DNA from: Raillietiella orientalis
Taxonomy: Eukaryota
Assembly: GCA_036172245.1 (NCBI GenBank)
Contig: JAYWIR010000022.1
Location: 372,001 to 436,000 of the forward strand
Direction: 5' to 3'
DNA length: 64,000 bases
The position numbers and the translations under genes were made by a program. Each line of letters begins with the position of its first letter. Within the stretch, counting starts at the first letter, position 1. Under the pieces are notes generated by a model that saw nothing but the letters and a program-made list of their open reading frames with translations, searched no databases and was not told the DNA's origin. Below, piece after piece: positions 63,931 to 64,000 of the stretch.

Positions 63931-64000
63931 GTTCTCCCCTCCCTTCTTCCCTACCGAGGGGACCGCGGCCTCTCAGCACAGGCATTTCCTCGGCGTTGTT

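Noticed and set aside
1..64000. CRISPR array, rRNA, intact tRNA or prokaryotic operon
   Set aside because: None seen: no regularly spaced repeats, and the gene structure is eukaryotic.

Overview
Eukaryotic (animal, probably invertebrate) genomic DNA with spliceosomal introns; the species cannot be fixed from sequence alone. There are two recognisable host genes. The 5' end of a CDK2-like kinase (minus strand, AT-rich DNA) runs off the left edge. A compact, GC-rich CPEB1/orb-like gene (plus strand, about 10.7-13.8 kb) has a probable GC-AG intron and CPE plus AAUAAA signals in its own 3' UTR. Most of the rest is degraded, nested mobile DNA: many L1/Tx1-clade LINE copies, four NeSL/Utopia-type restriction-like-endonuclease (RLE) retroelement pieces, and weaker pogo/Tigger, Gypsy and BEL remnants. 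No mobile-element ORF is intact. The most notable observations are: (1) a U6 snRNA segment inside a Tx1 ORF2 and a U2 5' fragment inside another, both sense to their host; (2) a hexaloop hairpin with compensatory changes plus an AATAAA-hairpin terminus shared by up to six Tx1 3' UTRs; (3) two antisense Tx1-into-Tx1 insertions bounded by target-site duplications (TSDs); (4) Utopia-like elements without visible U2 flanks. Mobile-element family calls come from remembered motifs read by eye, and their boundaries are approximate unless a TSD is cited.
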